64,000 nt of DNA from Alphaproteobacteria bacterium. GTDB lineage: Bacteria > Bacteroidota > Bacteroidia > Bacteroidales > FEN-979. Location: assembly GCA_009928665.1 (NCBI GenBank), contig SACF01000016.1:7474-71473 (forward strand), in the 5' to 3' direction. A program made the position numbers and the translations under genes. The notes below the pieces were generated by a model, which was not told the DNA's origin, did not search any database, and saw only the letters and a program-made list of their open reading frames with translations. Below, in pieces: positions 63,037 through 64,000 of this stretch. Numbering within the stretch: the first letter of the stretch is position 1; each line of letters opens with the position of its first letter.

Positions 63037-63120
63037 TATTTATTGATTGAATTATTGATTGACTGATTGATTGATATATTTATTGAGTGAATGAGTGATT
63101 GACAATTGAAAATTGAAAAC
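63037..63120. repeat. octamer array (8 units, (T/G)A(T/G/C)T(T/G)A(T/A)T family incl. GAGTGAAT) followed by inverted heptamers (ACAATTG AAAATTG)
   Basis: The units read tatttatt gattgaat tattgatt gactgatt gattgata tatttatt gagtgaat gagtgatt, then gacaattgaaaattgaaaac. The array abuts the ATG (rc 63034-63036) of the gamma subunit. Confidence 0.9.
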
Positions 63121-63141
63121 TAAATATTCTCTAAGGCTTGA

Positions 63142-63195
63142 TTTGAATTTTGAATTAAAAATTTTCTCTATTCGCTATTCGCTAATATCTAATCC
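63142..63195. repeat. heptamer tracts (TTTGAAT x2; CTATTCG x2, CTAATAT, CTAATCC)
   Basis: The tracts read tttgaattttgaat ... ctattcgctattcgctaatatctaatcc and lie just 3' of the beta-subunit stop. Confidence 0.85.
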
Positions 63196-63212
63196 CTCCT
63201 TTGAATTAAAAT

Positions 63213-63968
63213 TCATTCATTCTCCTTCTTTTCAATGAGTTTTCCGTCTACTTTAATGTCGCCAAGCGGGTAAAAGGGGAACATATTTTCTTCCATCCAT
63301 TTATTGGCCTGGACGGGAGTCATTTTCCAGCCCGAGTTGCAATTGGAGACCACTTCGATGAACGAGAGGCCTTGCTTTGCTTTCTGAATCTCAAAACCCT
63401 TCCGGATCGCCTTTTTGGTGCGGCGGGCGTTGACGGGGGTATGGACCGACTGTCGGGTTACGAAGTTCACGCCCGGAAGGTGGGCTATCAGTTCGGTCAT
63501 TTTTATAGGATGACCCATATGTTCCACGTCGCGGCCGTAGGGCGAGGTGGAGGAACGCATTCCCAGCAGGGTAGTTGGGGCCATTTGTCCGCCGGTCATA
63601 CCATAAATCCCATTGTTGATGAAGATGATGGTGATATTTTCGCCGCGGTTACAGGCGTGGATAGTTTCGGCAGTGCCGATGGCGGCCAGGTCGCCGTCGC
63701 CCTGGTAGGTAAACACGAAGCGGTGGGGCCAGAGGCGTTTGATGGCGGTGGCGAGGGCTGGGGCGCGGCCGTGGGCAGCTCCCAACATGTCGACGTTGAG
63801 AAAATCGTAGGCAAGCACCGAGCAGCCGACGGGCGAGACCCCGATGGTCTGTTCTGCAATGTCCATCTCTTCGAGCACCTCCATGAGCATGCGGTGTACC
63901 GTTCCATGACCGCATCCGGGGCAGTAACTCAGGGGTCGGTCGACCATCAGGTTGCTCTTGCGATACAC
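63213..63968 (-). CDS. 2-oxoacid:ferredoxin oxidoreductase beta (TPP-binding) subunit; start uncertain
   Basis: SYCPGCGHGTVHR and the TPP motif YQGDGDLAAIG. The track start at 63968 is a GTG and the frame stays open to 64000, so the true start may lie at or beyond the window edge. Confidence 0.85.
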   Translation of the reverse strand: MYRKSNLMVDRPLSYCPGCGHGTVHRMLMEVLEEMDIAEQTIGVSPVGCSVLAYDFLNVDMLGAAHGRAPALATAIKRLWPHRFVFTYQGDGDLAAIGTAETIHACNRGENITIIFINNGIYGMTGGQMAPTTLLGMRSSTSPYGRDVEHMGHPIKMTELIAHLPGVNFVTRQSVHTPVNARRTKKAIRKGFEIQKAKQGLSFIEVVSNCNSGWKMTPVQANKWMEENMFPFYPLGDIKVDGKLIEKKENE

Positions 63969-64000
63969 GATATTTTCCGGTTTCCTGATATCCAGTTTTG

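Noticed and set aside
1-64000. Mobile elements, prophage, defence islands, and tRNA/rRNA/tmRNA/riboswitches.
   Set aside because: I saw no integrase, transposase, phage structural, nuclease/helicase or reverse-transcriptase-like ORFs. I also recognised no T-loop/anticodon-arm patterns or known riboswitch cores in the spacers. This absence is based on eye inspection only.

Overview
This 64-kb chromosomal segment looks like a Bacteroidota genome. Five proteins end in T9SS type-A C-terminal sorting domains, genes are preceded by TAnnTTTG -7 boxes rather than Shine-Dalgarno sites, and BNR, FG-GAP and LruC surface proteins are present. I count about 50 protein-coding genes, roughly 75% on the minus strand. 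They include 2-oxoacid enzymes: SucA E1, KorAB with an adjacent ferredoxin, a fused E1 alpha/beta, and part of a second 2-oxoacid:ferredoxin oxidoreductase operon. Housekeeping genes include an M20 peptidase, DsbD, TilS, LpxH, NUDIX and MnmD. There is also an oxidative-stress trio (glutathione peroxidase, rubredoxin, rubrerythrin), a fused SBP-permease amino-acid ABC transporter with its ATPase, a propeller/Y_Y_Y sensor kinase, and many secreted or outer-membrane hypotheticals. I saw no rRNA, tRNA, CRISPR array, integrase or transposase, and no recognisable defence genes. Three conserved small genes under 60 aa (ferredoxin, rubredoxin, Pmp3/YqaE) are missing from the supplied ORF track. The most unusual signal is non-coding. 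Many intergenic spacers are built from mosaics of 7- and 8-nt tandem words (TTGTCAA, GAGTGAAT, ATTCGCT, ATTTACG and others) that recur at unlinked loci. Three co-directional gene junctions share the same architecture, stop-(TTGACAA)n-(ATTCACTC)n-ATG. A second non-coding signal is an ATGGATAT-box array with identical 46-nt spacing upstream of two outer-membrane or secreted protein genes. Protein-level oddities include an ABC permease whose substrate-binding lobes appear in permuted order, an ABC ATPase with an extra C-terminal domain, and a paralogous PQQ-propeller/LolA-like envelope cluster. All family assignments come from motif recognition by eye; no searches were run.
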